NCBI RefSeq assembly: GCF_044704955.1
Contig: NC_091979.1
Location: 281,480,001-281,544,000, forward strand
Source: Pristiophorus japonicus
Taxonomy: Eukaryota
Reading direction: 5' to 3'
Length of the DNA stretch: 64,000 nucleotides
Each line of letters starts with the position of its first letter. Positions within the stretch are counted from its first letter, which is position 1. This document shows, piece by piece, positions 49,927 to 62,600 of this stretch. The notes under the pieces were generated by a model. The model did no database searches. It was not told where the DNA came from and was given only the letters and a program-made list of their open reading frames with translations. The translations under genes were made by a program, and so were the position numbers.

Positions 49927-50066
49927 ATTGCCAAGAAGAACAACACAAGTGACTGCAAGCAAATGACAGCAGCTCTGCAAAGTCCTATTGGTACCATCCA
50001 AGTGTCCGGCTGTGAAGAAGGCATTCACTCCGTTCAGCTCCAGGAGAGTTTTGTACCCGAGGACAG
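49927..50066 (+). CDS. MGMT: Coding exon of O6-methylguanine-DNA methyltransferase (N-terminal Zn-binding segment; equivalent of the first coding exon of human MGMT)
   Basis: Acceptor ttttctttgtgtAG (ends 49926) and donor GTgtgt (50067). Translation IAKKNNTSDCKQMTAALQSPIGTIQVSGCEEGIHSVQLQESFVPED+AG aligns without gaps to human [33 protein letters not shown] (recalled). C-x18-C-x4-H spacing equals Zn ligands C5/C24/H29. The exon ends in phase 2 at codon-42 equivalent, matching the human intron position as I recall it. Confidence 0.92.
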
Positions 50067-50224
50067 GTGTGTACATTATAATTGGCCTTCAGTTATTTGA
50101 TTAATTACAGTTATTGATGGAGAGAAAAAAGCCCCCCATGTAATAACACATTTGATCAAATCGAAGCTCTTTTATCAACTAATAAACCAAGAGCTTACCT
50201 TGAATTAATAAACAGGTTTTAAAA

Positions 50225-50513
50225 TCCGTCTTTCGGATGAGCCGCTAAACCGAGGTCCCATCTGCTCTCTCAGGTAGACGTAAACGATCCCATGGCACTA
50301 TTTCAAAGAAGAACAGGGGAGTTATCCTTGGTGTCCTGGTCAATATTTATCCCTCAATCAACATAACAAAAACAGATTATCTGGTCATTATCACATTGCG
50401 GTTTGTGGGAGTTATACAGAAATTGGCTGCTTTGTTTCCCACATTACAACAGTGACTACACCCCAAAAGTACTTCATTGGTTGTAAAGCGCTTTGAGATG
50501 TCCAGTGATCATG
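50225..50513 (+). mobile_element. Deu-type SINE body, cut by the assembly gap
   Basis: ccgtctttcggatgag...taaaccgaggtccc...gatcccatggcactattt...gtaaagcgctttgag. Confidence 0.8.
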
Positions 50514-50667
50514 NNNNNNNNNNNNNNNNNNNNNNNNNNNNNNNNNNNNNNNNNNNNNNNNNNNNNNNNNNNNNNNNNNNNNNNNNNNNNNNNNNNNNNN
50601 NNNNNNNNNNNNNNNNNNNNNNNNNNNNNNNNNNNNNNNNNNNNNNNNNNNNNNNNNNNNNNNNNNN
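50514..50667. other. Assembly gap (154 N)
   Basis: Run of n. Confidence 1.
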
Positions 50668-51106
50668 GCCATAGGTAAATTACTTACAAATGTTGAAGTT
50701 TGTGTTGTGCTGTCACTGAAGCCTGGCTTTAACTGTTTTATTTACTAGCAGCAAAGTTTAAGCCAACATTGGTTGTTCACTAAAATAAATGATAAATGTA
50801 TGTGTTGATCATTTCAAGACATGAAAGTTCAATCATAAACTTTAATTTGAGTCTTAAATGAATTTAAAGAAAATTGCCATTACCAGAACGGTATGGCACA
50901 GTCTGTGGTTACATTTTAAGTGTATTACAAAACACAAATGAATATGCTGAGGTGTTGAATTGGATATTGTAAATAGAAGTAGTGAAACCCATTCACAGTA
51001 ATTAGTCTCCTTAAATAAACACATTCCAAATTCCAACAACAATACTGAATAAGAAATTTTAAGGGTTAGAAAAGTGATCTGCCTAAGAGTGAATAAAACA
51101 AAGTAT

Positions 51107-54100
51107 CATCATAGGCAGTCCCTCGGAATCGAGGAAGACTTGTTTCCACTCCTGAAGTGAGTTCTTTGGTGTCTGAACAGTCCAATACGAAAGCCACAAA
51201 CTCTGTCACAGGTGGGACAGATAGTCGTTGAGGGAAGGGGTGGGTGGGACTGGTTTGCCTCACGCTCTTTCCGCTGCCTGTGCTTGATTTCTGCATGCTC
51301 TCGACGTTAAAACTCGAGGTGCTCAGCGCTCTCTCGGATGCATTTCCTCCAATTAAGGGGTGGTCTTGGGCCAGGGACTCCCAGGTGTCAGTGGGGAAGT
51401 CGCACTTTATCATGGAGGCTTTGAGGGTGTCCTTGTAGCGTTTCCACTGCCCACCTTTGGCTCGGTGGCCGTGAAGGAGTTCCGAGTAGAGCACTTGCTT
51501 TGGGAGTCTTGTGTCTGGCATGCGAACTGATCAAGTGTGGTCAGTGTTTCAATGCTGGGGATGTTAGCTTGGATGAGGACGCTGATGTTGGTGCGCCTAT
51601 CCTCACAGGGGATTTGTAGGATCTTGTGGAGACATCGTTGGTGATATTTCTCCAGCAACTTGAGGTATCTGCTGTACATGGTCCATATCTCTGAGCCATA
51701 CAGGAGGTCAGGTATTACTCCAGCCCTGTAGACCATGAGCTTGGTGGCAGTTTTGAGAACTTGGTCTTCAAACACTCTTTTCCTCAGGCAGCCGAAGGCT
51801 GCACTGGCACACTGGAGGCGGTGTTGGATCTCGTCGGCGATGCCTGCTCTTGTTGATAGGAGGCTCCCGAGAAATGATTCACGGTGTCCAGGGCAGTGCC
51901 GTGGATCTTGATGACTAGGGGGCAGTGCTGTGCGGTGAGGACAGGCTGGTGGAGGACCTTTGTCTTACGGATGTTTACCGTAAGGCCCATGCTTTCGTAT
52001 GCCTCAATAAATACGTCGACTATGTCCTGGAGTTCAGCCTCTGTATGTGCGCAGACGCAGGCATCATCCGCGTACTGTAGCTCGATGACAGAGGTTGGGG
52101 TGGATTGGACCTGGCCTGGAGATGGCGCAGCTTGAACAGGTTCTCACTGGTTCTGTAGTTTAGTTCCACTCCAGCGTGGAGCTTGTTGACTGTGAGGTGG
52201 AGTATGGCAGCAAGGAAGATTTAGAAGAGGGTTGGGGCGATGACGCTGCCCTGTTTGACCCCGGTCCGGACGTGGATTGGGTCTGTGATGGATCCACTAG
52301 TAAGGATCACGGCCTGCATGTCGTCGTGGAGCAGGCGGAGGATGGTGACGAACTTCTGGGGGCATCCGAAGCGGAGGAGGACGCTCCATAGATCCTCGCG
52401 GTTGACAATGTCAAAGGCCCTTGTAAGGTCGAAGAAGGCCATGTATAAGGGCTGGTGCTGTTCCCTGCATTTTTCCTGTAGTTGTTGCGCTGTAAAAATC
52501 ATGTCCGTTGTGCCCCATAGGGGACAAAATCCGCACTCTGACTCTGGGAGAAGCTCCTTGGCCACGGGAAGAAGATGGTTGAGGAGGACTCTAGCGACGA
52601 TTTTCCCAGTGGCTGAAAGCAGGGAGATTCCTCTGTAGTTGCCGCAGTCGGACTTGTTCCCTTTTTAAAAGATGGTCACAATTACTGCATCTCTGAGATC
52701 CCCCAGCATGCTTTCCTCCCTCCAGATGATAGAGATGAGGTCGTGTATTCGCGCCAACAGTGCCTCTCCGCCATACTTCAATACCTCAGCAGGGATTCCA
52801 TCTGCACCCGTTGCCTTGTTGTTTTTAAGCAGTCTAATGGCTTTTTCTACCTTGTGCAGTGTTGGGGTCTCACTGAGGTGGTGGCGGGTAGCATGCTGCG
52901 GGATGGAGTCGAGAACACTCGAGTCAAAGGCAGAGTCTCGATTGAGGAGATCTTCGAAGTGCTCCTTCCAGCGGGCCCGATTGCCTTGGTGTCCTTGATG
53001 AGTGTTTCCCTGTTCTTGGCCAGCAGTGGGGTGGGGCCTTGGGTGTTTGGCCAGTAGGTGGCCTTGACTGGATGAAGAATCCTCGCACACCATGGTTGTC
53101 AGCCAGCTGCTGTATCTCCTGTGCTTTCTCCATCCACCACCTGTTCTTTAGGACCCTGGATTTTTGTTGGACTTCAGCCTTGAGCCGTCTGTGATGCTGC
53201 TTTGCTGCTCCCGTGTTGGGTGGTTGTTTAAGGCCCAGAAATGCCCTGCACTTGCAATCTGTTAGCTCTTGGATCTCCTGATCATTCTCATCAAATCAGT
53301 CCTGGTGTTTCCTGGTTGAGTAACCGAGCATCTCTTTGCAGGCATTAGTTATGGAGGCCTGGAGGGCAGACCAAGCACTGTGGGCATTCTGCGTCTCAGG
53401 GTCATCAAGGCACGCCAGGTTAATTGTGAGGCACTAGCTGTATAGGGCTCTCTTAGCTGGGTCCTTAAGTGCTCCGGCTTGACTTTTTTGCGGCGCTGCT
53501 TCTGCTGCCTCCTCCGCTTTAGGGCTATGTTGATGTCGATGATGGATCAGATTAGGCGGTGGTCTGTTCAGCAGTCGTTGGCTCCTGTCATGGCGCGGGT
53601 GATGCGCACATCCTTGTGATCCCTGGCTCGGACGATGACGTAGTCGAGCAGGTGCCAGTGCTTGGAGCGCGGGTGTTGCCACGATGCCTTGTATTTGTCC
53701 CTCTGGTGGAACACGGTGTTGGTGATGAAGAGTTCATGCTCTCGACATTTTGTCAGGAGTAGGGTACCACTGGAGTTGGCTTTCCCTACCCCCTCTCTGC
53801 TAATGACGCCTCCCCAGCGGTCTGTGTCCCTGCCGACCCTGGTGTTGAAATCATCGAGGAGGATCAGTTTGTCGCCCGCGGGGACGCAGGACAGGGATTT
53901 TTCGAGGTTGGTTTAAAAGCCCTCTTTGGCCTCATCAGTTACATTGAGTGTTGGGGCGTACGCACTGATGACTGTCGCGCACTGGTTCCGGGATAGGGTG
54001 ATTCGAAGAGTCATGAGGTGTTCGTTAGCCCCGCAGGGGGAATCTTTGAGGCGATTAACCAGCTCGTTTTTGATGGCGAAGCCGACTCCATGGAGGCGGC

Positions 54101-54438
54101 GTTCTTCCTCTAGTTTCCCTTTCCAGAAGAAGATGTAACCTCCACCTTGTTCCTTGAGCTGGCCTTCCCCTGCCTGCCGGGTCTCGCTTCGGGCAGTGAT
54201 GTCGATATGAAAGCTTCTTGAGTTCCCGGGCAACTATGGCAGTGCGGCGTTCCGACCTATCGCTGATGGAGTTGAAGGTCCTGACGGTCCAGGTCCCGAA
54301 ATTCATTTTAACGGAGTGGGAGATGCCTGTGCGTGAGTTCTTTTAATGTGGGGTGGCCGTTGCACACCGGCAACCACACGGGTTTAGCTGAGCAAGTTCT
54401 TGGTCCAGTGGCAAGGGGGTCCAAGACGACTGGTGACC
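51107..54438 (-). mobile_element. Full-length RTE LINE (about 3.3 kb; endonuclease + RT pseudogene)
   Basis: 5' UTR, MNFGTWTVRT, ISAYAPT, KATGADGIPAE, FFDLTRAFD, GVKQG, YADD, CPTC finger, (tga)n tail; possible TSD agtat; many frameshifts. Confidence 0.95.
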
Positions 54439-54543
54439 AGTATATCATGGAAGAACTTTTTAGTATGTCTTCTGTCACACATTGCAATTGTATTGAAGTG
54501 ATATCACCGTAAGTAAAGAAAAGACGCTGTGATTTATTCTATT

Positions 54544-55225
54544 GGGCCAGATTGTGCTGAACAAGTAATGGTATCTTAACGAAGCATGCGTTATTAGTGC
54601 GTAAATCGGCCAGCAACCTGTGGCGAAGAAGAGACACCAGTGAATTATGAATCGCCACAAGTTGCTTGGTGATTTGTGCTGCACCACCATTACCTTCACG
54701 AAAATGGGATCTTGCCCTTAACCTGCTGCGATTTTCATGAAGTTGCTGCATTTGCACATTAATTACCCATTAAATTCGCCACAGAATGTTATGTCTAGTA
54801 ATTATCAGCGTAAGTATCCTTTTAACAATGTGATCATTGTTAATGACTGCCAATCAACCTCTCTTGTCCAGAAAGTAAACAGTTAAGTGTGGAATCTCAA
54901 TCCTTCAAGTTGTGAATTGTTTTAGATTTTAAAAATCTCACTTAAACATTCTTAAAAATTCTTACTTTTCCTTTCTGTCTCTTTTTTCTTTCTCTTAATC
55001 CAATCTTTCTTTCCCTCACTTTATTTTTCTTTCAGTACCTGATTTGACTTTGAATTCACCCACTCTAATTCATCCTCCTTCCCAATCCTTCCTCTGTTTA
55101 TTTCTCAATCCTTTAATCTAATTGGTTAATGAGATTCACTCTTTGTCCCATTGTTCACCAAGGGTCCTGATGCCCTGTTGCCCTCGCTGCGCTGTTATCA
55201 GCTCACACTTCCAGCAACTTTGACT
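54544..55225 (-). mobile_element. Relative of non-autonomous family A, partial
   Basis: gggccagatt terminus; caacctctc, gtgtggaatctca and tttctgtctctttt blocks colinear with 21440-21720. Confidence 0.6.
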
Positions 55226-56158
55226 ATTCACAAGAACAGCTGTACCTTCATGCAATGTACTACATGTGATTCTTTTCAGTAGTTAGTGCATGTATCTGTA
55301 TTCTGATTCCATTGGCTTGATAAGCTCTGAGAGTGTGAATTTTGCCTTACAATGAGCTTTACAGCTGAACCGGAATGGAATATAGTACATGTTTCTAGCT
55401 GAACAGATAAATAGTCAAATGTAAATTTTTGTCACAGTGGAGTATTAAAGTTTCTTAGCTTCTGCACGTTAGAATACGCTTACCTAGACTTCAAAAACAA
55501 TGTTGCTGGGATCAGTATGTTATGGTTGATCCGACTTGATGGCATACTGAACCTTATGGCTGCATAATCTGTATTATTTGCATTTTTTAACTGAGGCAAG
55601 CCAATATCCTCGACCCAATCATTGAAAAATCCCTTAGTAGTGTAATCTGTTCCACTAATATGCATCATTTGGTACAGCAAGCATTTTTTTTTACATCATT
55701 TAATATTTAAGATGAAAAAAAACAATGTCCCAGAATTTGTATAATCAGCAGATTGTGTGTAATAATTAGACTACGATTCTAACTGCAATACTTAGTCTGG
55801 AGTTTATGAACACTGTTCTTCGATTGACAGTTTTTATTGTAGTACAAATGCTTAACAATTACAGGATTACAGGAACTTTCAGCCAAGATATCTGAGAAAA
55901 ATGTTGAGTTAGATTATTTTGGCATGGTTCATATCGTTAAAACAGATGACAAAGTACTGATGTATTAGATAACTGAGCTTCCTTGTACTCATAACTACTG
56001 CTGGAGTGCAGTTAAATCATTACGATTTTGAGTTCATAAAGGATGTATATCTGAAAATAGCCGGCTATATATGACATACAGTTCTAAAATTGAAAATTTT
56101 AGTCATTGAGCTGTTCAATTGTTTTTGAGTTTCACACAGTTCCTAAAATAGTTACATA

Positions 56159-58366
56159 GGGCCCAAGTTTCGAGCCGCGCCTAGAACGGCGCTGTCCCGA
56201 CCTGGACGCCCATTTTTCGCGCCACAAAGTGCGCCTAAAAAAAAACTTCCAGATTCTCCAGCTCCCTGCAGGTCGTTTGCAGCTCGGCGCAGCGCAGCAG
56301 GAGCAGTAGGGGGCGGAGCCAGGACCCTGCGCTGAAAACAGTGCCGGGACCTCTGCACATGCGCGCTACAGTGGGTGCGCATGTGCAGTAGCTCCAGGCG
56401 CCCAAAACTGTGTGGGAGGGGCCCGAAGCACGCAGCCCCTAGCCCTGGCCCAATGGCCTCACTGGGGCTGCGTGAATAAGGCTCCTCCCACGGCCAGCTC
56501 CTGCTTCCTCCCGACCCGACCCGACTCGACTTCCGCTTCCCGCCCCCCGCCTCCGGACCGGACCCGAATACCGCTCCCCCCCCCCCCCCGGACCCGATCC
56601 CGACACGGACCCGACTCCCGCTTCCCCTCCCCCCGCCCCTGGACCGGACCCGACCCGACCCCCCGGACTGGACCCGACCCGACTCCCGCTTCACCCCCCC
56701 GCCCCCGCCTCCGGACCGGACCCGACACCGACCCGACTCCCGCTCACTGGAGCCGACCTGACCTCCCTCTCCCTCTCCCTCTCCCTCTCCCTCTCCCTCC
56801 CTCCCCCCGACCCAAACCGAACCCCCTCCCACCACTTCCCCGACCCGCGCTCCCCCCGACCCGACCCGACCCAACGCCACCTACCTGTAAATCTGGTGCT
56901 GGGGACGGGGACGGGCCCTGCCCGAAGTCTCGGGCCCGGCCCGTTTAGCCTCCCTCCCCATCTCCTTTCCCCCCCCCATCTCCTTTCCCCCCCCCATCTC
57001 CTTTCCCCCCCCATCTCCTTTCCCCCCCCATCTCCTTTCCCCCCCCATCTCCTTCCCCCCCCATCTCCTTTCCCCCCAATCTCCTTTTCCCCCCCATCTC
57101 CTTCCCACCTAATCTCCTTTCCCCCCCAATCTCCTTTCCCCCCCAATCTCCTTTCCCCCCCAATCTCCTTTCCCCCCCATCTCCTTTCCCCCCCCATCTC
57201 CTTTCCCCCCAATCTCCTTTTCCCCCCCATCTCCTTCCCACCTAATCTCCTTTCCCCCCCAATCTCCTTTCCCCCCCCATCTCCTTTCCCCCCCAATCTC
57301 CTTTCCCCCCCATCTCCTTTCCCCCCCATCTCCTTTCCCCCCATCTCCTTTCCCCCCATCTCCTTTCCCCCCCAATCTCCTTTCCCCCCCAATCTCCTTT
57401 CCCCCCAATCTCCTTTCCCCCCCATCTCCTTTCCCCCCCATCTCCTTCCCCCCCATCTCCTTTCCCCCCATCTCCTTTCCCCCCATCTCCTTTCCCCCCA
57501 TCTCCTTTCCCCCCCATCTCCTTTCCCCCCCATCTCTTTCCCCCCCATCTCCTTTCCCCCCCATCTCCTTCCCCCCCATCTCCTTCCCCCCCATCTCCTT
57601 CCCCCCCATCTCCTTTCCCCCCTTCTCCTCCTCCTCCCCCTCCCCCCCTTCTCCCCCCCTCCCCCTTCTCCCCCATCCCTCCCCCTTCCCTCCCTCTGCT
57701 CCCCCTCTCTCCCTCGACCCGCCTCCTCCCCCTCCCCTCGCTGTCAGAAACACAGACACTGACAGACAGAGAATGAGAGACACACACACACAGACAGACA
57801 GAGAGATAGAGACACTGACAGAGACACACTGGGGTGGGGCGCATCCCAGCACGATGTTGGAGGGCTCCCGGTGCTGCAATCGGTAAGTAGAAAGTGTTTT
57901 ATTTATTGATTTAAAAAAAAAATTATTTCTTATTCATTTTTTTTGATTGATTTATTGATGTTTTTATCATTTATTATTGATGATGGCTCTTTATTTGTAA
58001 AACTGAAGTGTTTAATGTTTGTAAACTTCCCTTTAAACCCCCCCCCCCTCCATTCCCTACGCCTGATTTGTAACCTACACCTGATTTTCTAAAGTGTAGA
58101 CAAGGTTTTTTCGAGCGTACAAAAATCTTCACTTACTCCATTCTAAGTTAGTTTGGAGTAAGTTTTCACTGACGAAACTTTGAAAACAGGCGTAAGTGGC
58201 CGGACACGCCCCCTTTTGAAAAAAAATTTCTGTTCCAAAGTGAAACTGTTCTAACTGACTAGAACTGGAGCAAACGAAATGGCGAGAATTCCGATTTCTA
58301 AGATACTCCGTTCTACACCAGTTGCTCCTAAAAAATCAGGAGCAAATCATGTCGAAACTTGGGGCC
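56159..58366. mobile_element. Young non-autonomous Harbinger-like element carrying a minisatellite
   Basis: ata|gggcccaagtttcga ... tcgaaacttggggcc|ata: TIR 14/15, TSD ATA, many intact CpGs. Confidence 0.9.
56955..57622. repeat. Pyrimidine-rich minisatellite (Cn-ATCTCCTTT), about 40 units of roughly 15-18 bp
   Basis: Direct reading; preceded by (gaccc)n-rich repeats at 56510-56870. Confidence 0.97.
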
Positions 58367-59102
58367 ATAAAATGGCAGATTATTTCTCTAGTGTTAACAT
58401 TATTTCCAAGATACAAAGTAACTGAATATTTGAAATCTGTTAAATTCGTGTTTGTTATTTTTTTGAGGTAGGAAAAGCCATGTTCCACTGGATAACTGGC
58501 TGAATTATTGACAAACATGTGCCTTGGGATCTATAACTATTAAAGATGGTATTCTTTAAGCATATTGGGTAATAGTCAGAGGGAGGATAGAGCAGCACGC
58601 TAAAATCAAAGACGTTAAAGGTGAATATGTTATTGGCTTGAAAATGCACAATGCTTATTTAATGTATGTTGTAAAACATTGCATCCAAGGGGTAGAATGT
58701 TTGACTAATATGGCACAAATACAAACTTTGTCTCATCTCAAAATAAAATGAGTATGATTGTGATTGACTTGGGTGTGGCTCAGGGAGGTTTTCAGACATG
58801 CGAAGTCAGGAGTCACTACTCAGTAAGCACCGTGGAGGCAGACTGGCACTTGATAATATACTTTCTCTTTCCTTTAGCAATGAAGTCTCTAGAGTAGCAA
58901 GATATGACCATAGTCAGCATGCCAATCAGTTCATAATCATGTTCTGCTGCTACAGTCAGTTGTTGGCAAAATAGCTATAATCTAATCAGGGAACCTTTAT
59001 TTAGGCGTGGGAAGCTGCTCTATATATTAACGCAGTCAGTGATGGATGACTGGTGGGTACGGGGATGAGTAGCAAGTTCATCCAGCGTCATCGGTGTGAG
59101 GT

Positions 59103-60700
59103 CGGGTCGATTTTAACTGCCGGGTCTCATTTACACTAGCGGGCTGCCCACCCGATTGTGTCGGGAACGAGCGGCCCACACACTTCTCGAAGCCTATTTA
59201 AAACATGAAGGCTTCTCTTAAAGGGAGGTTTCATTCACTTCTTGAAGATTGCTGTGTTATACTGCTGCAAAGGAGAGATTGTGAGAACTTAGTTGATGGC
59301 AAGTCCACAAGTTTTCTAACACATTTTGGAGGTCCGGGTAGAAGATGTAAGGTCAAGGAGAAACATTCTCTCTTCAATTAATGGTAAGATGATTGTGAAG
59401 GCCACTATCCAACAGGCCTGGAGAGAGGTGGTTGAGTTTGACAGTTCAAGGAGCATCACCCCCAGGACCTGGGTTCAATGCAGAAAAAGATTCAGTGACT
59501 TGACCAGAGTAGCATGTGTGTGTACAGGTTTTCAATTTTCCATCTCTCAGCATAACCTGGCACAAGCCTTTTCCCTCCATTCCCATGGACTTTGAACACG
59601 TCCCTTTGCTGCATCACATTCTTTCTCCACCAATCACAAGGAGACTGTACTACTTCTCCTCCTTAAACACTTGTGCACCTCTTCCTTTCTGCCTTCACAG
59701 CAGTCACTAACAGCATTCTCTTTTCACATGGTAACAGTTGCAGAACAAGGAAGAAGGAAGCCTTCTCGTGACTCTCTTCTCACCAGCCTTCAGGCACTTT
59801 TTTTTTTTAAGAGGGGTCTACACTTGGTGAAGCACTCAGCAGGCATGAGCAGGAGCAGGAACTAGCAGAAAGGGTAGCCCAGGAGACAGATCGCCAGAAT
59901 GTAAGCTCGCACTGAACTTTGCTGTGGAGGAAACTGATGCTGAATCTGGGAGCCCAGCCTCAAGAGAACAATTTTTTCAGCACAATTACAAGTATATGAT
60001 ATATTGGAAAGCATGCCAAGGAGTTACCATAAAAGGCCTGAAAGTTTGGAGGTGTCTGCTTCCAGCTTGTGTGGCATCCTGTCGCAGGACATCAGCAGTC
60101 TGCTGTCTTCATGGAACGTGTGGCAACCTCTGTGGACACTGTAGCCAGGTCCTCGCATCAGGAGTCTGTGTCTCCAACTTTTGCAGCTTTGATGGTAGGT
60201 CAAACTACTGCATTCAGACTCTGGGTTCCAACATCTGCTCCACCTTGGCTAGACTAATGTACCACATTGATAGGATCTCCTCAAGTCTGTTGTCCTACAG
60301 ATTAGTGAGAGTGATGAGGTGCAGCCAAATGGGAGTGGCAATGGTGCAAGAGGAGTGGCCCTCTCTCAGAATGTCGGGTGTGTTTGCTCCATCAACCGAT
60401 CCCGGCCATGGTGCCAGAAAGCCAGCAAGTCCAGACTGCTCCAGCAGCAGCCAAGGTGCTGCAATCTGCAATCACCGACTACAAGTATCTCAAGGGTTCC
60501 ACACTTAAACAACAGCAGCCTTCGAGCAGATTTGCTTAAACCACTGGGGGCTCACCACATAGGAGGAGGAGGAGGAGGAATATTAAAGAAAGGAACTATG
60601 GGTTGACATTTGGATGAAAAATAAGTTCAGGGCAATTATTTGTTTTATCCTTTTCACATTTTCCACTTTTGTCTAAAGTGTGGTTTCATAGCAACTTATA
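59103..60700 (+). mobile_element. Old Harbinger remnant with Myb/SANT-like domain
   Basis: gggtcgattttaac terminus; ORF 59326-59595 VEDVRSRRNIL...QAWREV...PRTWVQCRKRFSDLTR. Confidence 0.7.
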
Positions 60701-61178
60701 ATTCTGCATTGTCAGGATGTCGTACGTACAAGGACCAATTATAGGAACCAATGTTGTGCACCCCAAGGGCACCTGAAAGATGTCTCACGCAAAATTTTTC
60801 AAGTGACTCTGGCAGCTACCTTAAACAGGCAATAAATCCCTTGCATATATATGTAAGGGGCTTAATACCTGTTTTAGGATCTCTCTTTTGAACGGATTTG
60901 TTTGGATGAAAATGAGACAAGTGGGAAGATGCCAGGCAGGTCAGGCTGTCCAACGGGTACTCTGTAAACTCTCGCCCACACCTGCAGCCCAGTGTCTGAA
61001 GAGAGAGGTAGACACTTTGTCAGATGTTGTTAGTGCGGGCTCCTCTTCCCAATGATGGCTGTACCAACTGACCCTGGTGGCATCAAGATACAATGTGACT
61101 GCCTGTCTAACCATTATGATAGGCTCTTCAGAAGCCTCCCACTTACAGCATGCCAGGCTTTACATGGTATTGCATGAT

Positions 61179-61705
61179 GGTATCCCACATTTTACCCTAA
61201 GTAAACTAGAGGTGATCCAAAACTCAGCTGCCCATGTCCTAAATCAAGTCCCGCTCACCCATCATCCCTGTGCTCGCTGCCCTACATTGGCTTCCGGTTA
61301 AGCAAGTCTTGATTTCAAAATTCTCATCCTTATTATCAAATCCCTCCATGGCCTCGTCCCTCCCTACCTCTGTAATCTCCTCCAGTCCCACAACCCCCCG
61401 CGATGTCTGCATGCCTCTAATTCTGCCCTCCTGAACAGCCCTGATTATAATTGCTCAACCATTCGTGGCTGTGCCTTCTGTTGCCTAGGCCCCAAGCTCT
61501 GGAACTCCCTGCCTCTCTACCTCTCTTTCCTTCTTCACGACACTCCTTAAAACATACCTCTTTGACCAAGCTTTTGGTCACTTGTGCTGATTTCCACTTG
61601 TGTGGCTTGTTGTTAAATTTTAATCGCATAATACTCCTGTGAAGCACCTTGGGACGTTTCACGACGTTAAAGGCACTATATAAATACAAGTTACTGTCGT
61701 TGTTG
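61179..61705 (+). mobile_element. L2 LINE 3' end
   Basis: KLEVIQNSAAHVL, H-WLPV-like and FKILIL remnants; tail gtgaagcaccttgggacgttt...ggcactatataaatacaagtt, shared with the Deu-type SINE tail. Confidence 0.88.
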
Positions 61706-62600
61706 AAAGAAGGCAAGCCAGAGTGATCAGGACATGGTGTTGACTGTTTGGCTGCATATGCCAAGGAGCCACCAACCATTTCTGTGGACCATTGCAAACC
61801 CACCTGTGAATGACTGGTAACCTGTCTTCTTAGAATCTGCATCAACAAAGGAGAAGTTGCTGACTTCTGTCATTTGCTGAAAGGACACCTGTGGCCTTCA
61901 TACAGCACAAAGCTTGCACATGTGCAGGGACACTAATGGTCAATCAGCTACGGCTTGAAAATTGGCTGCACCTTCTTGCAGGCATGCAACAGTGTTGACT
62001 TATGGGATGGTGCTATAGATTTACGCACAAGAAATCCTTCCTCACAAGCACTTAGTGTAGCAACAGCTCAACTTCAGGAGCCATTAAAGCCATCTATGGG
62101 TCCCTTTCCCTTCACCTGCCATTTCTTAATCCCATGCCCCTGGGTTGAGATGTCTTTTAATGTTCCTCAGAAGGTTTCTAAAATTTGTCTCCCTCCTCGT
62201 AGCATGCCCCCTTTTTAGGGAAGACTTTGAACTGCTGGCCATCCATTTCTCACCTGAAAAACACCTTTGTGCCCTCATTAGCCCATCTGAAACAACTTTT
62301 AGGCAGGCCTTTATATTTGGGAGCCAGCAATCGCCCACTCCAGGCGTGTGGCTGTTTAGGTGCAAATCGGGGTCCTACATCTATTGTAGAATCAGAGCGA
62401 AATGGGTGGAGCAAGCACAGCATATACCGGTTCCATTTCACCAGCTGTTGAGAGGCCTTTCCAAAAAGGTCTTTTATTTTTTTTGTTGGACCTGGATCTC
62501 ACCAAAAATTGTCTGGCTGGCTGCCGGCCAGTTTACATGGTCTCCCAGCATCTGCGAGTCACCTCCACCACCTCCCCCATGACCCTCGACAGGTCTTACC
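61706..62600 (-). pseudogene. Possible highly decayed Harbinger transposase partnering the 59.3-kb Myb remnant
   Basis: Weak only: GGSLAYAA resembles GGYLLYSP, and CLKVVSDGL resembles CIRQVTxAL; orientation is convergent as expected. Confidence 0.3.

Noticed and set aside
56152-57879. Long Gly/Pro-rich ORFs (178-288 aa) in several frames
   Set aside because: Translations of a low-complexity minisatellite that has no stop codons; open in many frames at once.
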